Positions 17,588 to 24,915 of a stretch of DNA of 64,000 nt are shown here, piece by piece. Origin of the DNA: a virus (lineage: Duplodnaviria; Caudoviricetes); IMG/VR virus record IMGVR_UViG_3300046539_000030, positions 7,070 through 71,069 of that record; one strand, 5' to 3'. The notes beneath the pieces are model-generated. The model did not search any database and was not told the origin of the DNA. It worked only from the letters and a program-made list of their open reading frames with translations. A program made the translations under genes and the position numbers. Numbering within the stretch: position 1 is the stretch's first letter; each line of letters opens with the position of its first letter.

Positions 17588-18301
17588 TTGCTGGTATTGA
17601 TTGACAGATCCGCTATGTGCGTCCGTTACAAGCATCAGAAGGCTAAATGCTTAACCGACCTCATGCACATCGAAATGTCCCACGTTGCGGCATCCGTGGT
17701 AGAGCTACATCATCCAATGGTGTTCGACACCTTCACCGACCTGGAGCTTCGGCTGCTGTATCAGAACTTGTGTGGTCAAAAGTTCACAGGGTACAGCCGC
17801 GACATACTTTTATCCAATGTGTTCAAGCTTTGCACAGAGCTACCCAATTCCAATTTAAACGGACTTGAGCTAACTGTTCAGTCAGGTAAGATTGGTGAGG
17901 AAGATGATGGTTTCTATCGCTACCAGTTTGGCAGCATCTACCCTGCTGCGCTGGAAGAACCGTTTAACGGGCAACCCCTTACAGCGGCGCCGGGGTATGC
18001 ACCCTTACACACCCCCCTGCAAGCGGTAAAAACAGCACCAGCACCCGCACCGCAAGCGGCAAGCACACCCGCAAACGCACCGCGCCCCCGTAGCGCAGCA
18101 CCAGCAACAGGTGAGCCGCCCAAGACCGGAAGTAAGACAGGCCGGGTCTGGGAAATTGCCGACAAGGTCTGGACAGATAATGGTAGCCCCTCCAATATCA
18201 AACCATTGCGTGGCGCAATCGTTAGCGCATGTGAGGCTGAAGGAATCAATGGATCCACTGCGAGCGTCCAATACTCTAAGTGGCTTAAAACTAAAGGTTA
18301 A
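17588..18301 (+). CDS. hypothetical protein with C-terminal helical domain shared with 18423..18992
   Basis: GRVWEIAD...GINGSTASVQYSKW vs GKVWALAD...GLNDATTRTQYARW. Confidence 0.75.
   Translation: MLVLIDRSAMCVRYKHQKAKCLTDLMHIEMSHVAASVVELHHPMVFDTFTDLELRLLYQNLCGQKFTGYSRDILLSNVFKLCTELPNSNLNGLELTVQSGKIGEEDDGFYRYQFGSIYPAALEEPFNGQPLTAAPGYAPLHTPLQAVKTAPAPAPQAASTPANAPRPRSAAPATGEPPKTGSKTGRVWEIADKVWTDNGSPSNIKPLRGAIVSACEAEGINGSTASVQYSKWLKTKG
17958..18113. other. GA/TC-free island C (inside CDS 17588..18301)
   Basis: 156 nt with no GA or TC; encodes an Ala/Pro linker; two GCAAGCGG copies. Confidence 0.9.
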
Positions 18302-18331
18302 AATATTTTTGTCGCATCCAGCAAAAATAGC

Positions 18332-18360
18332 TTGCCCCCTGTAATTTGCTTTGCTATAGT
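18332..18360 (+). promoter_or_regulatory. sigma70-like promoter TTGCCC-N17-TATAGT
   Basis: Intergenic, 17 nt spacer, upstream of AAGGAG RBS of 18423. Confidence 0.6.
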
Positions 18361-18422
18361 CGTCTCTCTGATTTGCGTAGCACCCTTAACCGTTCGTCCT
18401 CAAACCAACAAAGGAGTCCAAA

Positions 18423-18992
18423 ATGTCCGAAAACCAAGCACAATCCGCCGACCAAGCCGCTCAAGCTGCTGCCCAAGCCAAAGCTGACAAAGACGCTGCT
18501 GCTCAAGCCAAGCAAGCCAAAGCTGACGCAAAAGCTGTTGCTGACAAGGCAAAAGCTGAAGCTAAACTGATCGCCGACCAAGCCAAGGCTACTGCCAAAG
18601 CTGCCGCCGATGCTGCAAAAGCTGAAGCCAAAGCTCAGAAAGATGCTGCTGTCGCTGCTGCCAAGAAAGCCAAGGAAGAAGCTGCCGCTCTGAAAGCCGC
18701 TGAAAAAGCCAAGCAAGCTGAAACCAAGACCAAAACTGTCATGCCTAGCAACAACGGCGTCACCCGTCCACGTCCTGAAGGCGCTTGCGGCAAAGTGTGG
18801 GCCCTGGCCGACCAACTGTCCAGCGAACTGGGCCAAGCTGTGCCGATCTCCAATCTGATCGTTGCCACTCAAGCTGCCGGCCTGAACGATGCGACTACTC
18901 GTACTCAGTACGCTCGCTGGAAGACTTACAACGGCGTGTTCGGCGTCGTTGCTAAGGTTGCCGCTCCTGCTGCAACCCAGACCGCAGCGTAA
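18423..18992 (+). CDS. histone-like Ala/Lys-rich protein with conserved C-terminal domain
   Basis: AKA/AAK repeats over ~100 aa; strong RBS; biased codon usage. Confidence 0.75.
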   Translation: MSENQAQSADQAAQAAAQAKADKDAAAQAKQAKADAKAVADKAKAEAKLIADQAKATAKAAADAAKAEAKAQKDAAVAAAKKAKEEAAALKAAEKAKQAETKTKTVMPSNNGVTRPRPEGACGKVWALADQLSSELGQAVPISNLIVATQAAGLNDATTRTQYARWKTYNGVFGVVAKVAAPAATQTAA

Positions 18993-19026
18993 TCAAGCAC
19001 TGGTTGGCAGTCCATAAAACTGCCAT

Positions 19027-19096
19027 GGAACCGTAGCTCAGCGGAAAGAGTAGCGAGGCATCGCGGACGCAGGTTCGAATCCTGTCGGTTCCACCA
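19027..19096 (+). ncRNA. tRNA-like RNA 2 (truncated anticodon arm, CCA end)
   Basis: GGAACCG/CGGTTCC, A73, CCA; D arm; T arm GCAGG-TTCGAAT-CCTGT; central arm only GCGA-GGCA-TCGC. Confidence 0.8.
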
Positions 19097-19102
19097 ATTA
19101 AT

Positions 19103-19176
19103 GAGGCGTAAAGACCTAGAGGTCAGACGGAGTTCCATGGCCCGTCGGGGTGGTTTGAATCCATCACGCTTCGCCA
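19103..19176 (+). tRNA. atypical tRNA-like RNA 3 (possibly Trp-CCA-like)
   Basis: GAGGCGT/ACGCTTC, G73, CCA; D arm GACC-TAGA-GGTC; GACGG/CCGTC closing an 11 nt loop centred on CCA; 2 nt variable region; T loop TTTGAAT. Confidence 0.6.
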
Positions 19177-19224
19177 ATTAAAACCCGTACTCATAAGCTA
19201 GGCTTATGATCCTCGTGAGGTAAT

Positions 19225-19926
19225 ATGTCAGTAATCAACATCCAACCTGTTGAGAAACAGGATCTCCTCGCACCAACGCTCTCCCTCCACAGTATCTTCT
19301 ACACAATCCAAGGTGAAGGCCCTTTTACAGGCCACCCTGCGATCTTTGTGCGCCTGGCAGGCTGTAACCTGCAATGTCCGGGATGCGACACCGATTACAC
19401 GTCAACCCGCGAGGCTATTACCGCAGGCCAACTGTTGTCAAAGATTTTGCTATTGTCTCAACAGACAGAATGCAAGTTTGTCGTACTGACAGGCGGTGAA
19501 CCGTTCCGTCAAAACATTGCGCCTATCGTTCGTATGATGGTCAGCTCGGGCCTCAAGGTGCAGATCGAAACCAACGGCACGTTGCATCAAGAAGATCTGC
19601 CGTGGGACTCTATCACCATCGTTTGCAGCCCAAAAGCTGGCAAGGTCAATGCAAAGCTTGCCCCGCACATTGATGCATACAAATATGTCCTGGCTTGGGA
19701 TAGCCTGGATGTAAGCGACGGTTTGCCTATCCTCGCGCTTGACCACACTGCTTCGCCCCGCGTAGCGCGTCCGCATTTCGGCTACAAAGGGCTTGTCTAT
19801 TTGCAGCCTATGGACTCGCAAGATAAGCTGACCAACGAGATGAACATGGACGCCTGTGTCGAATCTTGCATGGAACACGGCTACATCCTGCAACTTCAAA
19901 TTCACAAACTCATCGGGGTGGAATAA
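19225..19926 (+). CDS. queE: 7-carboxy-7-deazaguanine synthase (radical SAM)
   Basis: FYTIQGEG, FVRLAGCNLQCPGCDT CxxxCxxC, TGGEP, QIETNG, SPK, QIHK. Confidence 0.95.
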   Translation: MSVINIQPVEKQDLLAPTLSLHSIFYTIQGEGPFTGHPAIFVRLAGCNLQCPGCDTDYTSTREAITAGQLLSKILLLSQQTECKFVVLTGGEPFRQNIAPIVRMMVSSGLKVQIETNGTLHQEDLPWDSITIVCSPKAGKVNAKLAPHIDAYKYVLAWDSLDVSDGLPILALDHTASPRVARPHFGYKGLVYLQPMDSQDKLTNEMNMDACVESCMEHGYILQLQIHKLIGVE

Positions 19927-20126
19927 TGAACCTCGGCGGCTGGTCTGTAAGTTCTGCGGACGAGCGGGGTGAGTTCCATGTGGTCCCCGTCAACGACCTA
20001 GAAGAACACTTCGACGAAGGTTGCAAATGCTGTCCTGTTCGGGATGCAGTATGCGAAAACCTCTGGATGCATAATAGTTTCGACAAGCGTGAGCTTTACG
20101 AAACAGGCGAACTAAAACTATCTTAG
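19926..20126 (+). CDS. small His/Cys-rich hypothetical protein
   Basis: HVVPVNDLEEH...CKCCP...HNSFD. Confidence 0.65.
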   Translation: MNLGGWSVSSADERGEFHVVPVNDLEEHFDEGCKCCPVRDAVCENLWMHNSFDKRELYETGELKLS

Positions 20127-20134
20127 GAGTCACA

Positions 20135-21220
20135 ATGGCAAAAATAAATAACTGGAGCCTCGGCGGCCATCCAACGAGCCCGTATCAAGCACCTGAAACG
20201 AACCTGCGCTTGCATGGTGTGGTCACAGGACACCCCAACTTCCCAGACGGTTCAGAAGTCACAACCAGCCGCATCAAGGAAGTCCGGAACGGCAAGGTGT
20301 ACACTCATACCGGCAGCGAGTACGAGTTAGGCACCGTTGACCCGGAATATGAAAAGCTCTACCCGAATGCTCTACATCGTCTTTTATCCCGCGCTATACA
20401 AATCGAGTCTTCTATTGAAGGAGTCAAAATGAACAAAGGTAAAGCACTGGTCGTTCTTTCTGGTGGTCAAGACAGCACCACTTGTCTGGCATGGGCTATC
20501 AACGAAGGTTATGAAGTCCATACCATCAGTTTCGATTATGGTCAAAAACATGTCGTTGAACTGCATGCAGCTCTAGCAGTTGCACGTATCTTGGGCGTAC
20601 CCGCCTCCAGGCAGGAATTCGTCCCTCTGGGTGCTGGTATTTTGGCAGGCACATCCCCGCTGGTGAACAAAAATGCGGAGCTCGAACAATATGCAGATCA
20701 TCAATCCTTACCGGGCGGCTTGGAAAAGACTTTCGTTCCCATGCGCAATCAGTTGTTTCTCACTGTCGCTGCTAACCGTGCCTATGTTCTCGGTTGCAGT
20801 GTTCTTGTCACGGGCGTGTGCCAGGAGGATTTCGGAGGCTACCCCGATTGTCGCCGTGTCTTTATTGACGCACTCCAAGATGCCTGCAACTATGGTACGT
20901 TCACAGGCCAGGGTGACACCTTGCCCCCGCTGCGCATCCTTACTCCACTGATGAGCCTTACCAAGGCTGCTAGCGTGCATCTAGCAATGAAGTTGCCTGG
21001 TTGCATGTCTGCGCTGGCTTATAGCCACACTGCTTATGACGGCCAGTATCCGCCGCTCGGACACGACCATGCAACTTTGCTTCGCGCCAAAGGCTTCGAA
21101 GAAGCGGGCATCCCTGACCCATTGGTTCTGCGTGCTGTTGGTGAAGGATTAATGGCTTCGCCTAATACGCCGAATTACACCGCTGAATCTATTCTCCATT
21201 ATCTCAACAACAAAGCTTGA
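20135..21220 (+). CDS. queC: 7-cyano-7-deazaguanine synthase with 98 aa N-terminal extension
   Basis: SGGQDST, FDYGQKH, TFVPMRN, YPDCR, PLMSLTK; second in-frame RBS/ATG at 20429. Confidence 0.92.
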   Translation: MAKINNWSLGGHPTSPYQAPETNLRLHGVVTGHPNFPDGSEVTTSRIKEVRNGKVYTHTGSEYELGTVDPEYEKLYPNALHRLLSRAIQIESSIEGVKMNKGKALVVLSGGQDSTTCLAWAINEGYEVHTISFDYGQKHVVELHAALAVARILGVPASRQEFVPLGAGILAGTSPLVNKNAELEQYADHQSLPGGLEKTFVPMRNQLFLTVAANRAYVLGCSVLVTGVCQEDFGGYPDCRRVFIDALQDACNYGTFTGQGDTLPPLRILTPLMSLTKAASVHLAMKLPGCMSALAYSHTAYDGQYPPLGHDHATLLRAKGFEEAGIPDPLVLRAVGEGLMASPNTPNYTAESILHYLNNKA

Positions 21221-21246
21221 CCCATTAACTTGATTTAGGAATAAAA

Positions 21247-21954
21247 ATGAAAAAAGTTCTGTTCGCTTCAATTCTCGCACTAGCTTTTGCAAGTGCGTTC
21301 GCAACAAACAACGGGTCGAAAGACCATCACAATACGGTCAACAATACGACCAACAACACGTCGACCAAAAACGAGAACAGCAACGCCAATCTCAACAGCA
21401 ACAAGAACTCGAACAACAATCTCAACAGCAACACAAATCGCAACAGCGTGAACAACGAAAGCTCAATCACGAATAACAACCGTGTGTCGAACGAGCAGGC
21501 TCAGCGCCAACGTCAGCAACAGCACCAGACGCAACAGTCCACAAGCTCGAGCACCGGCGGCGAAGCATCAAACAGCAATAATGCAGCGATGAACGTCAGC
21601 ATGAGCAATTCGCGCCAGGTCGCTTCAGCTGCAAACGTCACCGTCTTGCCAACCGCTGTCTGTTCTGGCAGCACGGCAGCAGGGGCGCAGGGTGTAGCCT
21701 TCGGCGTCAGCTTTGGTACATCCTGGACTGACGAGAACTGTATGTTGCTGGAACAAGTGCGTACAGTTTCCGTCGTACTGGATGACAAGGCTACTGCAAA
21801 AGAAATGCTCTGTTCTTTGAAAGCATACCGCGAAGCGCGTCAGCGGACGGGCAAGCCTTGCTCGCATGTGACAACCACCCCGGCGCCCGTTTCGCAAGAA
21901 TCAACCGACCCGAACGTTCGTGCTGCAATGGGCCTCCCTCCACTGTCTAATTAA
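21247..21954 (+). CDS. secreted Asn/Ser-rich protein
   Basis: Signal peptide; N/S/T low-complexity stalk; C-terminal 3-Cys domain (C..G..FG.S.G..D.NC...LC). Confidence 0.7.
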   Translation: MKKVLFASILALAFASAFATNNGSKDHHNTVNNTTNNTSTKNENSNANLNSNKNSNNNLNSNTNRNSVNNESSITNNNRVSNEQAQRQRQQQHQTQQSTSSSTGGEASNSNNAAMNVSMSNSRQVASAANVTVLPTAVCSGSTAAGAQGVAFGVSFGTSWTDENCMLLEQVRTVSVVLDDKATAKEMLCSLKAYREARQRTGKPCSHVTTTPAPVSQESTDPNVRAAMGLPPLSN

Positions 21955-21962
21955 GGCGTAAC

Positions 21963-22418
21963 ATGCCGTTCTATTCAACAAAGACGTTCCCCCATAGCAT
22001 CGGGTTGAGCGCAGCATTCCGGCAGTGGCGCGCAGAAAGTCATTGCCGGTTGATTCACGGTTATGCACTGCAAATCAAGTTCACGTTTGGCACCAACGAC
22101 CTGGACGTGCGCAATTGGTGCGTTGACTTTGGCTCGATGAAAAGCCTCAAGACCTGGATGGAGGACACCTTTGACCACAAACTACTCGTGGCGGAGGACG
22201 ATCCGGAACTGCAAACGTTCATGATGCTGCAAGCAAAAGACCTAGCTGACATCGTGGTCGTCCCTGCAACCGGCTGCGAGAAGTTTGCGGAGCTCATCTT
22301 CGGTGCAACCGAAATCTGGTTGAAGGATAACGGCTATGCACCGCGCTGCTGGGTTGAATCCGTTGAAGTATCTGAGCACGGCGCCAACAGCGCAATCTTT
22401 TTAAGGGGAAGAGAATGA
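21963..22418 (+). CDS. queD: 6-carboxy-tetrahydropterin synthase
   Basis: HCRLIHGY, FDH, E..A, SEH motifs. Confidence 0.92.
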   Translation: MPFYSTKTFPHSIGLSAAFRQWRAESHCRLIHGYALQIKFTFGTNDLDVRNWCVDFGSMKSLKTWMEDTFDHKLLVAEDDPELQTFMMLQAKDLADIVVVPATGCEKFAELIFGATEIWLKDNGYAPRCWVESVEVSEHGANSAIFLRGRE

Positions 22419-23323
22419 CAACTAAAATCATTCTTACGCAAGACACCATCAGCCAACTGTCAATTGCTCTGGTCAGAGAAATTGAAAAGGCTTTTGAAAA
22501 TCGTAATCCAGGCAAAGCGGTTAAAATATACGGCATCCCTCGGGGCGGAATGCAAGCCGCTTATGCTGTGAGCCGATATTTGTTTTGCACAATTGTTGAT
22601 ACACCTGAACAAGCGGACGCTTTTGTTGATGATATCATTGACAGCGGCACAACAATGCGCGAGTATTGCGACAAGTATCCGGGCAAACCATTCTTCGCGC
22701 TTGTTGACAAAACCGATCCAGACTGTACCTACAAAAACGACTGGATCGTTTTCCCGTGGGAAGCTGGTGAAGGTACAGGCATCGAAGATAACGTGCGCCG
22801 CATGTTGCAGTTCGCAGGTGACAAGCCTGAGCGGGAAGGTTTGCTGGAAACGCCTGCTCGTGTGGCCAAAGCTTACGAACATTGGTTCAGCGGTTACAAA
22901 GTGGACATCGCTGGTTTATTGAAAGTCTTTGAAGATGGAGCAGCCGGCTATGACGAAATGGTTATCGTACGTGATATTCCTATTTATAGCAAGTGTGAAC
23001 ACCATGTTGCAGATATTTTCGGCACTGTGTCTATCGCTTATATTCCTAACGGGCGTATCGTTGGGCTTTCTAAGCTCTCTCGTGTCGCGGATGCTTTCGC
23101 ACGTCGCCTCCAAGTTCAGGAACGACTGACAGGCCAAATCGCGGACGCGCTGATGGAACATCTGCAACCCAAAGGCGTAGGCGTCATCATGCGTGCGCGG
23201 CATATGTGCATGGAATCACGGGGCCTGTGTCAACAAGGGCATCACACTATCACCTCTGCGCTGCGCGGTGTCATTAAAACCGACCCTGCGGCTCGAGCAG
23301 AATTTATCAACCTCACTATGTAA
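22415..23323 (+). CDS. folE: type I phosphoribosyltransferase - GTP cyclohydrolase I fusion
   Basis: N-terminal GIPRGG, VDDIIDSGTT, WIVFPWE; C-terminal REGLLETPARV, CEHH, GLSKL, RLQVQERL, HMC. Confidence 0.92.
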   Translation: MTTKIILTQDTISQLSIALVREIEKAFENRNPGKAVKIYGIPRGGMQAAYAVSRYLFCTIVDTPEQADAFVDDIIDSGTTMREYCDKYPGKPFFALVDKTDPDCTYKNDWIVFPWEAGEGTGIEDNVRRMLQFAGDKPEREGLLETPARVAKAYEHWFSGYKVDIAGLLKVFEDGAAGYDEMVIVRDIPIYSKCEHHVADIFGTVSIAYIPNGRIVGLSKLSRVADAFARRLQVQERLTGQIADALMEHLQPKGVGVIMRARHMCMESRGLCQQGHHTITSALRGVIKTDPAARAEFINLTM

Positions 23324-23328
23324 ATCAA

Positions 23329-23682
23329 ATGTCAAACTCTATCATGGAACCAACCAACGGACGCATCGTCTGGTACACCCCGGCAGTAGGCGACGGCCAA
23401 ATTGTATATCACGGCAAGCCACTGGCGGCAATCGTCTGCAACGTCTGGGGCGACCGCATGGTCAACCTTTCGGTGATTGACGCAAACGGCGTTCACCATG
23501 CTCGCACGTCGGTTGTGCTTCTGCAAGGCGATGATCCAAAGCCGTCTTACGGCAACTGCGCCGAATGGATGCCGTACCAAAAGGTTCAACACAACAAGTC
23601 TCTAGAGGCGTCAAAGCTGAAGGATCTGAAGGCTTTGGGTCAGCCCTTCCGCGAACCCTTCACAACAGATCCAACCGTTTAA
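23329..23682 (+). CDS. conserved hypothetical protein
   Basis: PTNGRIVWY..AAIVCNVW..VNLSVID. Confidence 0.7.
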   Translation: MSNSIMEPTNGRIVWYTPAVGDGQIVYHGKPLAAIVCNVWGDRMVNLSVIDANGVHHARTSVVLLQGDDPKPSYGNCAEWMPYQKVQHNKSLEASKLKDLKALGQPFREPFTTDPTV

Positions 23683-23808
23683 AACGCGCTGTAAGCTGTT
23701 AAAATTTGCGGGGGTTGCTAGGGTATAGCGCCCCCGTTTTAATTGCTTGCCGCGCTTGTATGCAAGCGGCATAAGGGGGTTTTATGCAATGCGGTAAATG
23801 CAAAAGCG
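23671..23808. other. GA/TC-free island D (upstream of dpdA)
   Basis: 138 nt with no GA or TC; ~30 nt similar to the reverse complement of island A; CGGGGG/CCCCCG hairpin. Confidence 0.9.
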
Positions 23809-23975
23809 AAATGCTTATACGTCAGGGGAAGTTTGGCCCTTTTTGGGCTTGCCCAAAGTCGTACAAAGGTAATGACCACGGGACAGTCAAAACTGATGGT
23901 CGTCTTGCAGAAAATATTTTTGACATAGAAGACGAAAAAGTCCTCGACCAGCTCTACGAACTTGACGGGTATTGA
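23784..23975 (+). CDS. small topoisomerase-type C4 zinc-finger protein
   Basis: CGKCKSEMLIRQGKFGPFWACP. Confidence 0.65.
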   Translation: MQCGKCKSEMLIRQGKFGPFWACPKSYKGNDHGTVKTDGRLAENIFDIEDEKVLDQLYELDGY

Positions 23976-24910
23976 CAATGTATCTGTTTCTCGCTGCTGT
24001 TTATACTAACTCGTACATGAAGACCCAGAACCGTTATGTCAAGTTGACAGACGTTGAGCAGGGTATCATGGACGCCGTGCCCAACATACTCGAATCATAC
24101 CACTATGTTAATTCTCAAAAATATGTTGACGTTATGCGTCAGCAAGGCGCAAAAGTATTCCTTGACTCTGGTGCTTTTTCTGCCCATAGCCTTGGTGTAT
24201 CTATTGATATTCGGGAGTATTGCAACTATATCATACGCAATCGTGATATACTACGGGTTGAAGATGGGAATGTTATGGCTTCTGTCCTTGACGGTATTGG
24301 CGACCCTCTAAAGACCTGGCAGAACCAGTTGTACATGGAGTCGCAAGGTGCGAAGCCCCTCCCCTGCTTTCACTTTGGCGAAGACCCGCGCTATCTCGAC
24401 TGGTACGTCGAGCGTTACGAATATATCACAATTGGTGGTCTGGTGGGACGTTCTGCCAAAGACCAAGAAATATGGCTAGATCGCATCTGGGAAAAGCACA
24501 TGCTGGACGGTAGTGGACGTGCGAAGCTCAAAGTACATGCATTCGGTATGACCGCACCATGGCTGATGAAGCGATATCCGTGGTACAGCGTTGACTCCTC
24601 TTCCTGGATTCAAGCTGCTGCGTTCGGTTCTATCTTTACAAGCGAGCATGGCCCATTGGCGGTCTCCGCACAGTCTCCCAGCAGGCACGACGCAGGCCGG
24701 CATTTGACCACACTAACCGACATCGAGCGAGAGTCCGTCGAGCGGATGCTTGCACAAAAAGGTTTTAATTTTGAGCGTCTTTCCACAGTGTACGAGTCCC
24801 GCGCATGTTATAATTGTTTAGGGTATGTAGAACTCAATGACCTGATAAACAAGCACCTGGATGAAGTCCAAGGTGTGTTAGACGTACAAAAAGCACAGCA
24901 ACTATTCTAG
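23972..24910 (+). CDS. dpdA: DNA 7-deazaguanine transglycosylase (TGT-like)
   Basis: FLDSGAFS, VLDGIG, PCFHFGE, IGGLVG, KVHAFG, PWYSVDSSSW; located in the que cluster. Confidence 0.88.
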   Translation: MTMYLFLAAVYTNSYMKTQNRYVKLTDVEQGIMDAVPNILESYHYVNSQKYVDVMRQQGAKVFLDSGAFSAHSLGVSIDIREYCNYIIRNRDILRVEDGNVMASVLDGIGDPLKTWQNQLYMESQGAKPLPCFHFGEDPRYLDWYVERYEYITIGGLVGRSAKDQEIWLDRIWEKHMLDGSGRAKLKVHAFGMTAPWLMKRYPWYSVDSSSWIQAAAFGSIFTSEHGPLAVSAQSPSRHDAGRHLTTLTDIERESVERMLAQKGFNFERLSTVYESRACYNCLGYVELNDLINKHLDEVQGVLDVQKAQQLF

Positions 24911-24915
24911 GAGTC

